A DNA stretch of 64,000 bases, from assembly GCA_040954595.2 (NCBI GenBank), contig CM082581.2, positions 11,468,286 to 11,532,285 of the forward strand, read 5' to 3'. Positions 43,491 to 56,300 of the stretch are shown here, piece by piece (position 1 is the stretch's first letter; every line of letters starts with the position of its first letter). The stretch is from Balanoglossus misakiensis (taxonomy: Eukaryota; Animalia; Hemichordata). The notes under the pieces were generated by a model. The model did not search any database. It saw only the letters and a list, made by a program, of their open reading frames with translations, and was not told where the DNA came from. The translations under genes were made by a program, and so were the position numbers.

Positions 43491-44216
43491 GGTTTGTTTT
43501 GGTACCCATCATAATATCCTGGAGAGATAACACAAGACAGGTTGAGGTATGGTGTACCTCACATGTGGCTTCATACACTCATTGTAAATGTGGTGAACTG
43601 TGCAATAGAGCCCAGTGTACTAGCATCAATCCATGCAGCAAAACCGACAAACATATGGAGCTCAAAATATCCAGATCAACAAAACATCAACACTAGCAAG
43701 TGCGTAGGACTTTACGCAACTCAATGTAAACAGTTGTTGTGTACCTGACCCAGTCGAGCATGAAGTTCGATCTTTTGCGATTCCCGTTCTTCTTCTGTCA
43801 ATAAAGAACTGCGATGGTAGAATTCGATTCACATTGGGTCCAGCGTATACTTGCAACAATCTATGCAGCAAAAGCGGCAATTTTACTTCGGAATTTGTCA
43901 GATCTTTCACTGACCTAACGCAAGGGCTTTCTGAAGGATTTGTTTTTCTGGTTTACCAGGTCAACTGTGGCTCCCTAGGCAAGTGATATTTTTTACGCAA
44001 ATTGACCCCTGGGTCCAGGAATATTGACCCCACTTGTTATTACATGTGTAGTAACTAGTATTGATTATTCCTCCTTGTCAGGTTGTCTGTTCTGTGCTGT
44101 TTTGTGTTTGTTATTACAACTAGCCATGTAATGTATTAATAACATAATTCATAATTCAGTATCAAAATAATAAATATTTTATTCAAAGCAGAATAGTACA
44201 TCATTTTATATCTTTC

Positions 44217-45253
44217 TCAAAAAGGTATCTCTTGACCATCCCAAGAATAGTACTTGCCAGTTTGGTGGATATCAAGACCATCAATAATTTCCATCAAACA
44301 GTTAACTGAATACTCTGTTGAGAAGAGTTTATCTTTAGGGACCCCTTTGTGGTACGGTCTAGACAGATCTGTGTCAACAGTTCCTGGATGCAAGCTAACA
44401 CAGATGACTTTGTTTCTTCCTCGTCCTAACTCAATACTCAGATTTTTGGTTGCCATATTCAGTGCTGCCTTGGACATTCTGTAGCTGTACCATCCACCAA
44501 GCGCTGAAAAGTAAAGAAAACTTAATTGTTGCCCTCGGATATGGCTTGGATTGGAGCATTCATCATTTAAAAATAAGTTCTGTTAAAAAGCATGTTTTAT
44601 AAAGATGACAAAAACCAAAAGAAATGTACATCTTCAAAACTGTGAACGAAAAGAACACCTACCATTGTCTCCTATTGAGCCAACTTTGGCAGACATATTG
44701 ACCAAGATGCCATTATGTTGTTTGCCCTTTTCCATATTTTGCTTTCCAAATCCTCCTGATCCTTTTTTCAGCATGGTGCCAAAGAACTTAGCCATGATAA
44801 GTGGGCCAATAGTGTTGGTTGAAAATGTTGCAGAAAGACCCTGGTAATAGAAAGAAAACACTGTCATTCAAGGATTCTGTGCTCCCATTAGATCAGAATT
44901 ATCAGATTGAGTAGAAACGTGACCATTACCTCATGAGACACACCCTGAAGACTAGTTTCGCCTCTTCCCGATGGATGTAACATTCCTGCACAATTGATTA
45001 AAAGGTCCAATTTTCCATCGTTCGATTCCTGGACATGTTGGGCAGCTTTCCGGACATCTTCTTCCTTTGTCACATCCAGCTGCAAGATGTTGATATTCTT
45101 GCCGTATTCCTTCTCCAAATTTCTGAGCTCGGCGGCTTGCTCCGGATGTCGACAAGTAGCAACCACTAAAGCATTTCTGGCAAGCAGGTTTCTACAAAAT
45201 TGTAAGCCAATACCACGACTAGCGCCTTGCACCAGAGCATTAGTAATCGTCAT
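44217..45253 (-). CDS. Short-chain dehydrogenase/reductase, C-factor (CsgA)/sniffer-like, 3 exons, 262 aa
   Basis: Exons 45253-44930, 44840-44663, 44503-44217 (789 nt). Rossmann motif GASRGIG, LINCAG, SAKVGSIGDN, catalytic YRMSK in GGWYSYRMSKAALN, and HPGTVDTDLS. Confidence 0.93.
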
Positions 45254-45444
45254 TTTATCGACAGATGAGAAAACGTTACACAACTTGTCACAGGCCTGGA
45301 AGTTACGTAACCGACACAACCTCGAGCAGTCGGAGTCTGAATGTTAATAATTTCAAAGCCTATATAATCATAAGGGTGGGTACTTGTGTCATATTCAAAA
45401 AACTTAATCAAGGAATGGAATGAAAAGGGTATGCGCCTACATAG

Positions 45445-45472
45445 TGCCACGCCCCCAGACTGCCACGCCCCC
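45445..45472 (-). promoter_or_regulatory. Tandem Sp/KLF GC boxes upstream of the SDR gene
   Basis: TGCCACGCCCCC occurs twice (45445 and 45461), about 200 bp upstream of the ATG at 45253. Confidence 0.6.
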
Positions 45473-47302
45473 GGGGCTGGTAGTAACATGGGCCCTCTAC
45501 GATAGATATGGAATTACCATCGTTTATTCATTTCATCGACATCAATGTATAAAACACAAGTAAATTCCAAACCAGTAATCGAAAAAGGCGCTCGTCAACG
45601 GATTTTTACGTTTAAATAAAATTTGGCAGAAAATACTAAAGTTCACAAAAACTACAATGAACATGAATTAATTTTGACATTTACATTTTATTCAGTTTCT
45701 TGAACATATACATTTGTTGCGAATTTGACAAGTTATTAAAGTAATGGGGAAATAAATTGTTTGATCTCAAAACATTGATGGAAGAAATGTATATTTCTAA
45801 GCATTCATAATACACTGCCCATGTAGCAGTGTAGATACATATAATTTCATGTCATGAAACAACACACAATCCCACATCTACAGTCATACTTTCCCCATTT
45901 CTTTCTCTCTCTTAAGAGGTTGATTTAGCTTAAAAACAAAACATTCCCAACATAATTTTATTATACTTGTATCATAATACATTTACTTATCTGTAGAACT
46001 ACCATCAACACACAGCTGTCAACTTCCTGTATGCACACATAATCAGTTACTGGGTATGAATCATATAATATCACCACACTATGTAAACATTTGTCAAATT
46101 CACAAAAATCAACATTTGTAGGACCACTTGGTAATCACAAAACATACATAGCACCAAAACAAGTAAAATATATCAACTCATATACAGGTACAATAGTTCA
46201 TTGGATTTTTATCAACAGCCTGGCTCATTTAATCGCAGACACTATCCTAAAATAATTATTGTAGAAGTTGGCTTTATTTGGTTTAGCTGTCACAATTTCT
46301 CCGAGGGTTTTTTGCATGTATGTACATGTTTGCCTTGAGTACAAATTAATGCAGAAAATCAAGAGTTGCTACTGGGAAAACTGCGATAACAGAAAACAAC
46401 TGTTACTTTGGCCAAATAAATGCTAGTCGTCCATGAAAGCTCATCAACAATCTATGTGTGTCATTAAGCCTCCATTTCCAGAGACACTCAACAAGTAAAC
46501 AGACATTCCACTTGAAACTGTAAGTTAACACTTACTGCCATCCCTCCCACTACAATCCTTATCCTTACAATAAAATACAGTTCTTGTCAATAGTGAAATT
46601 ATGCCTGCAAAGTCAACACTTTGCCCCCTTAAAATATGACATAGGTATATCACATACATGTACACAAATGGAAGGGGAAGGGATCGTTACAAGTTTGAGG
46701 AAAGATTTCTGATCATCAATAAGAGAAGTTAATCTGAAATACTAAGATACAAGATTTCCAAAACCACAATCATTTATGACAATTACACTTTATATACTCT
46801 TATTTATTATATATTCAGGCACTGTCTGTATTCGTTGTGGTATTGAACTATGTTAGAGTCCTACTACAAAATTTAGATAAAGATGATCTGTAGCATGTTT
46901 CCACAGTTTACGAACAGAGTTTTGTGTTCATTTAACTAGAAGATAGCAAGAAAAACAACATCTTTGCAATGTCGCCTGGGAAACAGATCAGCTATGCATG
47001 CTGGGACAGAAACTTGATGGTTGGTTCTTACCAGCAGTGTCAGAAATTGGTAAAATATCTAATCAAATTGTAACATGAGTTAAAATCCTTTCCTGTCAAA
47101 ATTGCACTTGCCAGAAGTATTAAAATTTATAATACCAGTATGAGATTCAAAATAGACTAGAAAGTTTGAATTTTACTTATTCAACCAATCATCATGATTG
47201 ACAGATTACATAGTCATAATCAAGTAGGATGCTGCATTCTGATTGGCTATCAATGCAGCCAATCATGTTGTCCTGATGCAAATTTGTTGGAGAATGTCAG
47301 TC

Positions 47303-50300
47303 TCAGCTTCCATTACAGGCAGCTAGAAGTTCAGCATAGGGTCCATCATTGGATGATACAGACTGAAATATTGAAATGAAGGCTCTCTTCCCACCTTCCT
47401 CCACGAGCTGTGCGAAAAAGTCAAAAGCAATATAAATTAGTTCAAAACTTCAACAAGAAAATTCAGTTGTTTTTAATGATGTGAATACACTTAATGAAAT
47501 ACAAGCATTACTGAGTATTTTAATAGTAAACTCTGTCGAATGAAACTCACAGAGATATTTACCTGATGGTTATAGAAATCCAAAGCTGCAACACAGAAGT
47601 TTCTTTTGTCAATGTTTTCTAATTTTCCCATCCTGCCGATAACGTGGGGTAAACTGACAAATATGTTAAGTAGAATTACACTAGATTGAAAACAGGTGGT
47701 GGCAATGTGTATAGGATCATGTATGAATTGTGTACACTCCCCTCTCTCTCTCTCACACACACACACTCAGGAATCACACCACTGTAGAAATGAACTTTGA
47801 GTCGTATTTCAACTCCATTTTGTGAAAGGATACAGAGCACAAATCCACATGTTGGTTGATGAACTTATGAAGAAACATGTCAAACTCCATATTGCCATGG
47901 AAACAGGTGTGCGTTGAGTAAAATTTGAGAGAGAAAGCATAACCCAGTCTCTCACAAGAACTGTCTGCCCTTGCTGATGAAGTTTGCTGAACACCTGTTG
48001 AAAGGAAAATGAAGTCTAAAACTCTAAGGTGGAAAGTTGGACTTGGTGACTGTGTAAAATGTAACTAAAACATAAACTGGACAATAGAGTCTTCATTGGA
48101 CAATGCCAAAGTGAATAGGTCAACACTTGGACTCTCAGTTGGATATTTGTATAAAGGGACAGTTATTCTACATATTTTGAATGGCCATGAGGGCAACAGC
48201 ATATAACTATCTCCCTGGTGAATAGGTGAGCAACTAGGACTGATGTTACACACCTTGAAAACAACCCTTGCCATGAGTTGTGGATGAGGTTGTTGGCTGG
48301 AGAGAAATTCTCCAATGACTTTATTCATGATATCCTGTGCTGGAAAGAAGTCGATCAGGAATGTTGGTAGAATTCTGGTGATGACCCTTGCTTCCGATGG
48401 GAATCCTTTCCTTATCCTGGTCACACGGAAATGGCAGAGAAGAAAACATGGTGTTGATGTACATGTATCAAAATCACAAAATCACAAAATCACAATCAAA
48501 TTGCAAGGAAGTAGGTTTTCAAAGCTTGAAACACTTATCAATTCAGGCTGTCTATTAGAACTGAGTACAAACTTTATCGCCCCACCTATCAAAAAGTGCT
48601 GTGACCCTCTCCATGGCGATGAGCAGTCTCTCTGGATCATGTGATGAAGTCTCCTGCACTGATTGGTCACCACTCTCCAGTCTCTGTCTTTCCCTTTCTC
48701 TGCTAGTGTACATGCAAGTCAGCATGAGTCCCAGAGCAGACATAGATCGATGGGTGGAGGCCATACATAGTCTGTCAACACTGCATTTCACTAAGGCATC
48801 AGACTCAGAGGTTGTTAGAACGCCAGCAAGTAACAGTCGCTCCATGCCTCTCATCACGGCATGATAGACTGTTGGTGATACTGCTTCCTCGTTACTTGAC
48901 ACCATTGTGATGCAAATCTGGAACAATATCAGATATGAACTGCATTGTATGCTCCTTGTTGTGTTATAAGCTGGCCAGACACAATCAATTGGAACTTGCA
49001 TCAATGTGCAATGTCCAGAGACATATAAATATACACAGACATAATTGAACTTACCTGAATAATGTTATAGGAGAACTCCATGTCTTTGATATGTTCCACA
49101 TAGTGTTCGATAAGATAGAATGATGTTGCCAACATGGAGAGTACATGCTTCTGACTGACGATACAACTGATTCTGATACAGACATAAATAAAGTATTATA
49201 CATGATGAATATGTCAAGAATATATTTTCTTGAGAGAACTTCTGGTGTGTCCTGTCAATCATGTCCTTCAAGTGATCTCATGCCAGGTTTGGCGAATGCA
49301 ACACCAGATTTTGTGCAATTTCTTATGTTTGTCATACCTAGCAATAACACTAAAAACTTACTGTGATAAAGGAGCCAAGTTGCGAACCAAGTACTCTGAG
49401 ACAACAGGGACAATAGCACCAATATCTTCTATTGTCTTGGATTCCAAAAGGTAGAGTATTCCCTGTAGAGCTGCTATTCGACACGGCAGATGAACACTGC
49501 GTAGTGTGACATCCAGAAGTTTGCTCACTTTCTCACACACTGCACTATCCTGAAAACAGACATAACAACAGCTCATTTAAATGGACCATTCTTCGTTCGA
49601 AAGTGAAATCATGAAAATAATTCAAAAACTGGCAGCTATTGGGGATTTAAAACATAGCAACTTGAAAGAGTTCAACTTGGAGACAAAAACTTACCATGCC
49701 AAGAACTGCAGCTGCTTTACATATTCCAGGTATGATGTATTGTGTTAATAATTCATCTTCAACTGGATGGTTCTTTTGAACTTCCAGCAGGGTGTCAAAC
49801 ATCCACTCATACTGAGCATGCTCAGTAAATATATCAGATATGAACAAGACCTATCATAGAGAGAATAAGAAAAGATTTGCTTTAAATTATTTAGAAGTTA
49901 TTGAAATCTCTGCATTGACAAGTTGTGGTAAAATGCATACATTGATGACAAAGCACACTGACAGTGATGACATCACTTACCGATTTAGCAGTTTCACACA
50001 GCAACATCAAAGGTGTCCTGGGTGTAGCATATGGATTCATCCACTGGCCATACAACTCCAGCAGGAACATCAAACAAGAATGAATGTCTAATTTCCCTGG
50101 AGCATTGGAGATGTTGGCCATGACTCCTTCTTCCAACTCTTGTGGCATTTCAGCAACTGGAGAGGGCAAATTCAGCTGCCTTCCGAGTGATGGAACGGAA
50201 ATCTGGAAAAGAAACAACATAATCAACTCCAAATACAAAGTACAAGAATTCAGAATCATTGCAACACTTTCAAACATACATACAAGATAATATATTCAAG

Positions 50301-53300
50301 ACTGACCTGTCCCAGCTTGTATTCATAATCACCAAGCTCTCTCTCTTGATTCTGACAAAGTAAAGGTTCGTCTCTAAAGTGATATTCATGTTGACTGTTA
50401 TGATCTCCTCTGCAGAAAAATAAAAAAAATATTTTCTTTTAGCATCTAAAAAGGACTTCCGCATTAACTTCAATCTTAATTGACTATCAAGTCAATAGAT
50501 ACACAAACCTGAGAGCAACAGATGCCATAATGTCCAGCTCTATCTCGTCTCTCAAGGCACATAATTTTCTTCCCATTGGAGTGTTCAGAAACGGCAGTTC
50601 CTTGTGTCGTGTCACTACTCTGTATGCACTATTTGTAGGGTTACCAGCTTCGGGTTTGACCAATGTCCTGATCAGAAGAGCTGTGATGGCTCTGACAGCA
50701 AGGCATGAGGACTGTGTTCTCTCGATTTCCTCCTGCAGATAAACAAATACAGGTAAGAGATACAACATTGAATGAGATCATACATCTTTTCTGCAGGGCT
50801 CCTCCAATAAGAAATGCAAAGCCACGCGAGATCTTGCAGGATCTCGTGGAGTACAGAAAATGGTCTATTATCTCATTACCTCACTCGATATGTCATCCAT
50901 GACTGGTGGGGCACTGAGAACACCCAGCAGGGCTGCCCATGTCTCTTCAAACTGTTGTCTGGAAGTCCATCCTGTAACAAATCAAAGAATCAACAATTAG
51001 TGTTGTAACTTTTGATGACCTCTTTTCATTTTTGTTGTGGCCAGCAATTACATTCTGTGGAGTGACTGTGATTTTGTTGAGTTATTCCCCAAAGAAATCT
51101 GACACACGAGGGCCTCCTCTCTCAGTAGTACTGGGGTGTAAGACTTCAATAAACTCACCTAAAATATTAACCCTGTACACAAATTCCTTTAGTACTTCTT
51201 TGTCCTGTAAATACTCTATAGGCAGAGGTGGCAGCTTGCTTTTCAACTCTCCGCTTGGAGTGGGCATCCATCCCATTGTCCACACAATATGTGGTGTTCT
51301 GGCATAACTGTTGACCAGTGGTAGTCTAGCCAAGCCTATTACCAGGTTCCTTAGTGTTGGCAGCAAGAAGGGAGGGATGGGAGCACTGTGAAGACGTCCT
51401 TGACTGAGGTGACTCTGTAAACATTGCACCATCTCTGATATCAGATCACACGCCTTGATCACTTTGAGAAATTCTGCAAAGAGAACATCAGATCACAATT
51501 AGGGTTATTCTAAAAGTCTAACTTTCTCCTTGTTTTGGTGGTCCATGCAGCTACTTAACCCTTTCACCACCATGGTTTGGTCCAAATTCACTGCTGTCTA
51601 TGGTAAAGTTGGACCTCTAAAGAGGGAAAACAGGGGTGGAAGGGTTAAAACATTACTACAGCTGGTACTGCAAAAAATAGACTCAAGTACATTATAATAA
51701 TAGGGTAAAGAGTTGATTTAGAGAATGGAACAAATAAACGTGTTTGTCTGTCTGTCTGTTTGTTTGTGTGTTTGTTCGTTTAAAGGAGCAACACAGAAAA
51801 GAATAAGAAGGAAAAGATAGAAAAAAAAAGTTTATATAAGCTTCATCTCAATGTTCTGATATTTTGTACAATTCAGCGACGGGTATACATTTACTGTGTG
51901 AATCAGTGACAATGTTATTGTCAAAACAACAGTTTAGTGTTGAACTTGAGGAGTGACTTCATACAAAGTTCAAGTACAGAGAGATTCCACTTCGTGTCCA
52001 TGAACGTAAAAGCAAAATATGAATGTGTATTGTGGAAATAACGCCATGCAGCATTCACTTTTAAGGGAAGAGTGAGGGAACTTTGATGTTTGATTTATTT
52101 TTGTTCCAGTTATGTCATTTAGTACACTGAAAATTTGGCTGAATTATCGGACATCAGGCCACTGGTGTCAGGCTGCTTGAAGTCAAAGGATACACATAGG
52201 TGTAAGTCCTTGTGAGGGCAGTACTGTGACGACAAAACTTGAACCAAAACCAATCCAACAACGGTCTCTGTAAGACTAAGAGGTTTAATTGTACGTATGT
52301 TTGGGTTGAAAAAGAGGAGAGAAGAGCCAGGGAGGTACGTCTACCTACCATCATGTGAGTCCGATCCCCCACGCTGGGGTTCTTGACATGGGGACAAATT
52401 TATGCTCTCCCCTGCCAATACTCCCACTGGCGGTTAGAAAATAGCAATGAAGAATGCAGTGAATGTGAGGGAGGGAGGATATAACGTGTGACAGCACAGA
52501 AAAGAAAACAAGAGATTGTGTAGAGGACAATAGATTGTTTTAGTATTTCCATCATCAGTTAAAATGTAAATGATGTGTGTAAACTGTCATTTCTCGCGCA
52601 CACAAAAAATAAACAACTCTGAAATAACTGGTAATGCTGACTGTGTTTTTGCATTTACTGATTTTTTATGTGTAATGTATGCATATATATATATGCGTGA
52701 ACGCAGTCTCTAAAGCAAAGACACACATGGTTTATAGTGTTTAATCATGTGAAACGAGTTAACCAATGAGAATCCAGTTTGATGACTTACCACCTGTGAT
52801 GATATAGTGGATACAACCAATAGAAGAACAGACTAAAGTGATGTTTTCTTTCAGACCAATGACGTTGGATATCTGAGTGTTCTGTAATGTCTTGGACAAG
52901 CACTCCACAGCCTTTTGTAACTGATCTGTTGGTGGCAGTATATCTTGTAGAATGAACCAAGTAATGATCTGAAAAAGAATGAAACAAATCATGAAAGATG
53001 CAGGTTTTGAGGTACCCTTCTGAGGCACCCTTACATGAATGAGATTTTCCATACTTTTTAAACAAATGATAACTGTAATCATTTAAGTGAACTTTCTGTG
53101 TTGATACAGTACAATCACATGTACAAAGCCAGACTGCCCCTACCTCCACACACAAGACAGCAAATCTTCCCACATACGGTTGCGAGTCTGATGGTATAAA
53201 ACACTGTATAGGTAGTCCTGGCAAACTGACAAGATATCGCACCAAGGCAGATGCAAGATTGAACACCATCTCACACCACGAGGGCTCCCTGAAGAAATTC

Positions 53301-56300
53301 TCCAATTTCATTCTGTATTTTTGATGAGCATCATCTTCCATGACATCATTGAAGACTTGATGTGGAGTGGGCAACATGTTAACGATGTTACTTATATGTC
53401 TCAGCAGTGTTAGTTGTGCTGCTTGGAGCAGAGGGTCGATTCTGGTGGATTGCTTCTTGGCTAAGGCAGTGGCAGAATCTCTCTTGATCATCAGTGTGGC
53501 GTTGGACAAAGCTTTCTTAGCAGCTCTTGTTTTCTTCACACCCAGCGCGACGCAGTCTTCTAAAATGGAAAGATCAAACTCCTGCAGATGGATAAATGTT
53601 TAGAATGGATGAGTTAAGGGTACAGTATATACATGGATGCTATTGTCAAAGACAAAATTGATTGGTCTACAGAGATTATTTGTGGCATTATGTCAAACAT
53701 GGACAAGACTCCAAAATACACCATTTATTGGCTTGAGTGCCCTAGGAGTGAAATTCAATATCCAACTCACATCAGTCATCATAATTGTAAGAATGTCTGA
53801 ATATTCCAGTTTATGCAGCATTAACGAACACTCCCTGGCAGAACTGGTCTGGTTGAAACAACACTCTTTAACAACTGCCATGTACCATTCCTGTAATCAG
53901 AAAGGAAAAAGGTTGAACATAATGAACTAGGAAAATATCAAGACTGAATCATAACATATTCTGTGCCTGAAATAGCGTTGAAACGTTTTCAAGAAAATCA
54001 TCATGATTGAATCATGAAAACTTCCTCACATGAAATTACTGTGCTTAATTCACAACATTTGAAAGACTTACTTTGTTGACATCAGCCTTGGCAATGAATC
54101 CTTTGGACTGTGACGGCGACGGAGATATTGCAACATCCTTTTCACTTACAACACATTTCAATCTTGTCAACAAAGATACCAACCTGGCATACCTATACAT
54201 AGCATGAATAAAGACACAAGTCATTATAAGGTCATATGATATTAAGTTATTCAAAAATAACACTAGGTCATACGTCCGATTACATTGTTCAAGGAAGGTA
54301 ATTGTCTGAGAATTCACCATCTCCAACATAGATTCTCACCTTTTGGAGTATCCACTGCTATGCATGTGATCCAGTAACTTCTGAAGGTCTTCAATGGGCA
54401 TTTGAGATTTGCATTCCTCCACGCTTTCTGCAAGAAGCATTTCAACTCGTCGACATGCAATAGAATCACACTGACGGCACAAAGAATGGTACTTTGTCTT
54501 CAGATACTTGTCGATGAGCAGCGTGAGTAAAGCACCTGATTGACTGAGATGGATAGGTTCAACACACTGCAGCGTACGTCTGATGGTACATGGATCAGTC
54601 GAGAGGCTCTCGCATCTTAAATGAAGTGCCTGGATGAACAATCCACTTGCTGCAGAGTTTCGATGAATTGCACTACAGAACAAATACAAACATGAATATC
54701 AGAGCACATCCAAAACTCTAGCATCATACTTCGTTTAAAAACCTATTTCTATCATTCTCTGTTCCATCTCATCATTCCTCTCTTCACAGTCTATCAACCC
54801 TCCCAACAAAAAATCCCCTTCTTACCTTATGAAATCTTGAACTGGGGGTTCATAGGACAGATTCACAATTTCATTGACATGGTTGATTATCAACCAAGTC
54901 ATTGGTTCTGCATCTGTCAAATTCTCACACTAAGGAAAAGAACAGATGTTTCATTTCAGTTAAAATGACATTACTAGATTTCAATGTTGAAAAATGACAC
55001 CAGCTGTTGTGTCACTGTCTATGTCATCTATAGTACAAAAGTGAAAGTTAACACTTGAAAGTGATAGGTAATGCTTGAACGTGAAAGTGAAAGCGAAAGG
55101 TTGCCTTTGAGAGTGAAATGAAAGTGAAAGGTAGCGCTTGAAACATAAGTCTGAGCTCACCACATAATCACAGAACAAAATGAGTCCCCCTTTTTTGATG
55201 ATCTCTCCACAACAATACTTCTGATTGGTCATTTCACTATTTTCTGTCAGGACCTCATTACTACTGAGTTTAGTCGTCAATGACTGATGCTGAGGTGTCT
55301 GTAGAATCATTCTCCACCAGACTTCGTCCGTGTAACTGAGTATGAGGAGCAGTTGACACCATTGTAGAGTTAAGACTGGATGAGTTGGAATGAGAGATTG
55401 GAATGCCGAGTTGAGTTGACTTAGGTTGTAGTAGATATCTGGTGGTTGTGATAATATCATTGACATGGTAATACCAGCAACTCTTCTGAAAGAACCTGCA
55501 ACATACAATACAACAAAAAGCGATTTTACTGATATGGTCTATGATAATAGAGTATCATCAATTTCATAGCTGCAAAATTGAAAAGCCAATGTGGTTAAAT
55601 ATACATCCTACAATATTGATATATATACGAGATATAGAGTAATGAAATAACAAACCTGATTTAAACATATGTGAAATGTACAGCAGTAGATGAGAGAGTT
55701 GTTTCACCAAGAAATCAGAGGGTCTTTCCAAGGGTGCCGCACTGCTACATTGCTTACTCAGCTCTGTCACCATCAAACCAATCACCTGCAGTAAAAACCT
55801 ACCAAAACAGAAACATTCGATTTTATATGGCAAATTCTAAATTGTTCTGAAGTGGTAATACGTAGTATGCAAAGTGATATCCAAAATAGAATGATACGTA
55901 TTGATTCTGTCATGCCATGAATATGTGCAAGCTGAATATACCTGTATTAATTACTCACAGATTAACTAAACTCCCTCCATTCACACTGTCTTACCTTGCA
56001 AATATTTCTTCCGGGGTCTCTGGGATTACCGCACCTCCAGCTAACCCAGTTGCACTGCTCTGTTTCAATCTCCTTCCATCACTTCTTGCAGCCAGGGTGT
56101 GGGTATACGTAAATATATTGACCTGTAACCCCAATTCCTGTAGTCTTGTCAGAATGACCTCTTCTTTAGACTGCGACATGATCACTCGTAGGATGGCCAG
56201 GGTTAGTGATAACCACCGCTGTAAGTTGGGCAGCGTGCTCTGTTGGGAAAAAAAATGACCAAATTAATCCATCCTGGCTAGTACATCGTGCCTATATGAA

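Noticed and set aside
47180-47275. CCAAT-rich short inverted repeats in the HTT 3' UTR as SECIS or promoter
   Set aside because: No SECIS core, the upstream UGA is a normal stop, and the stems are short.
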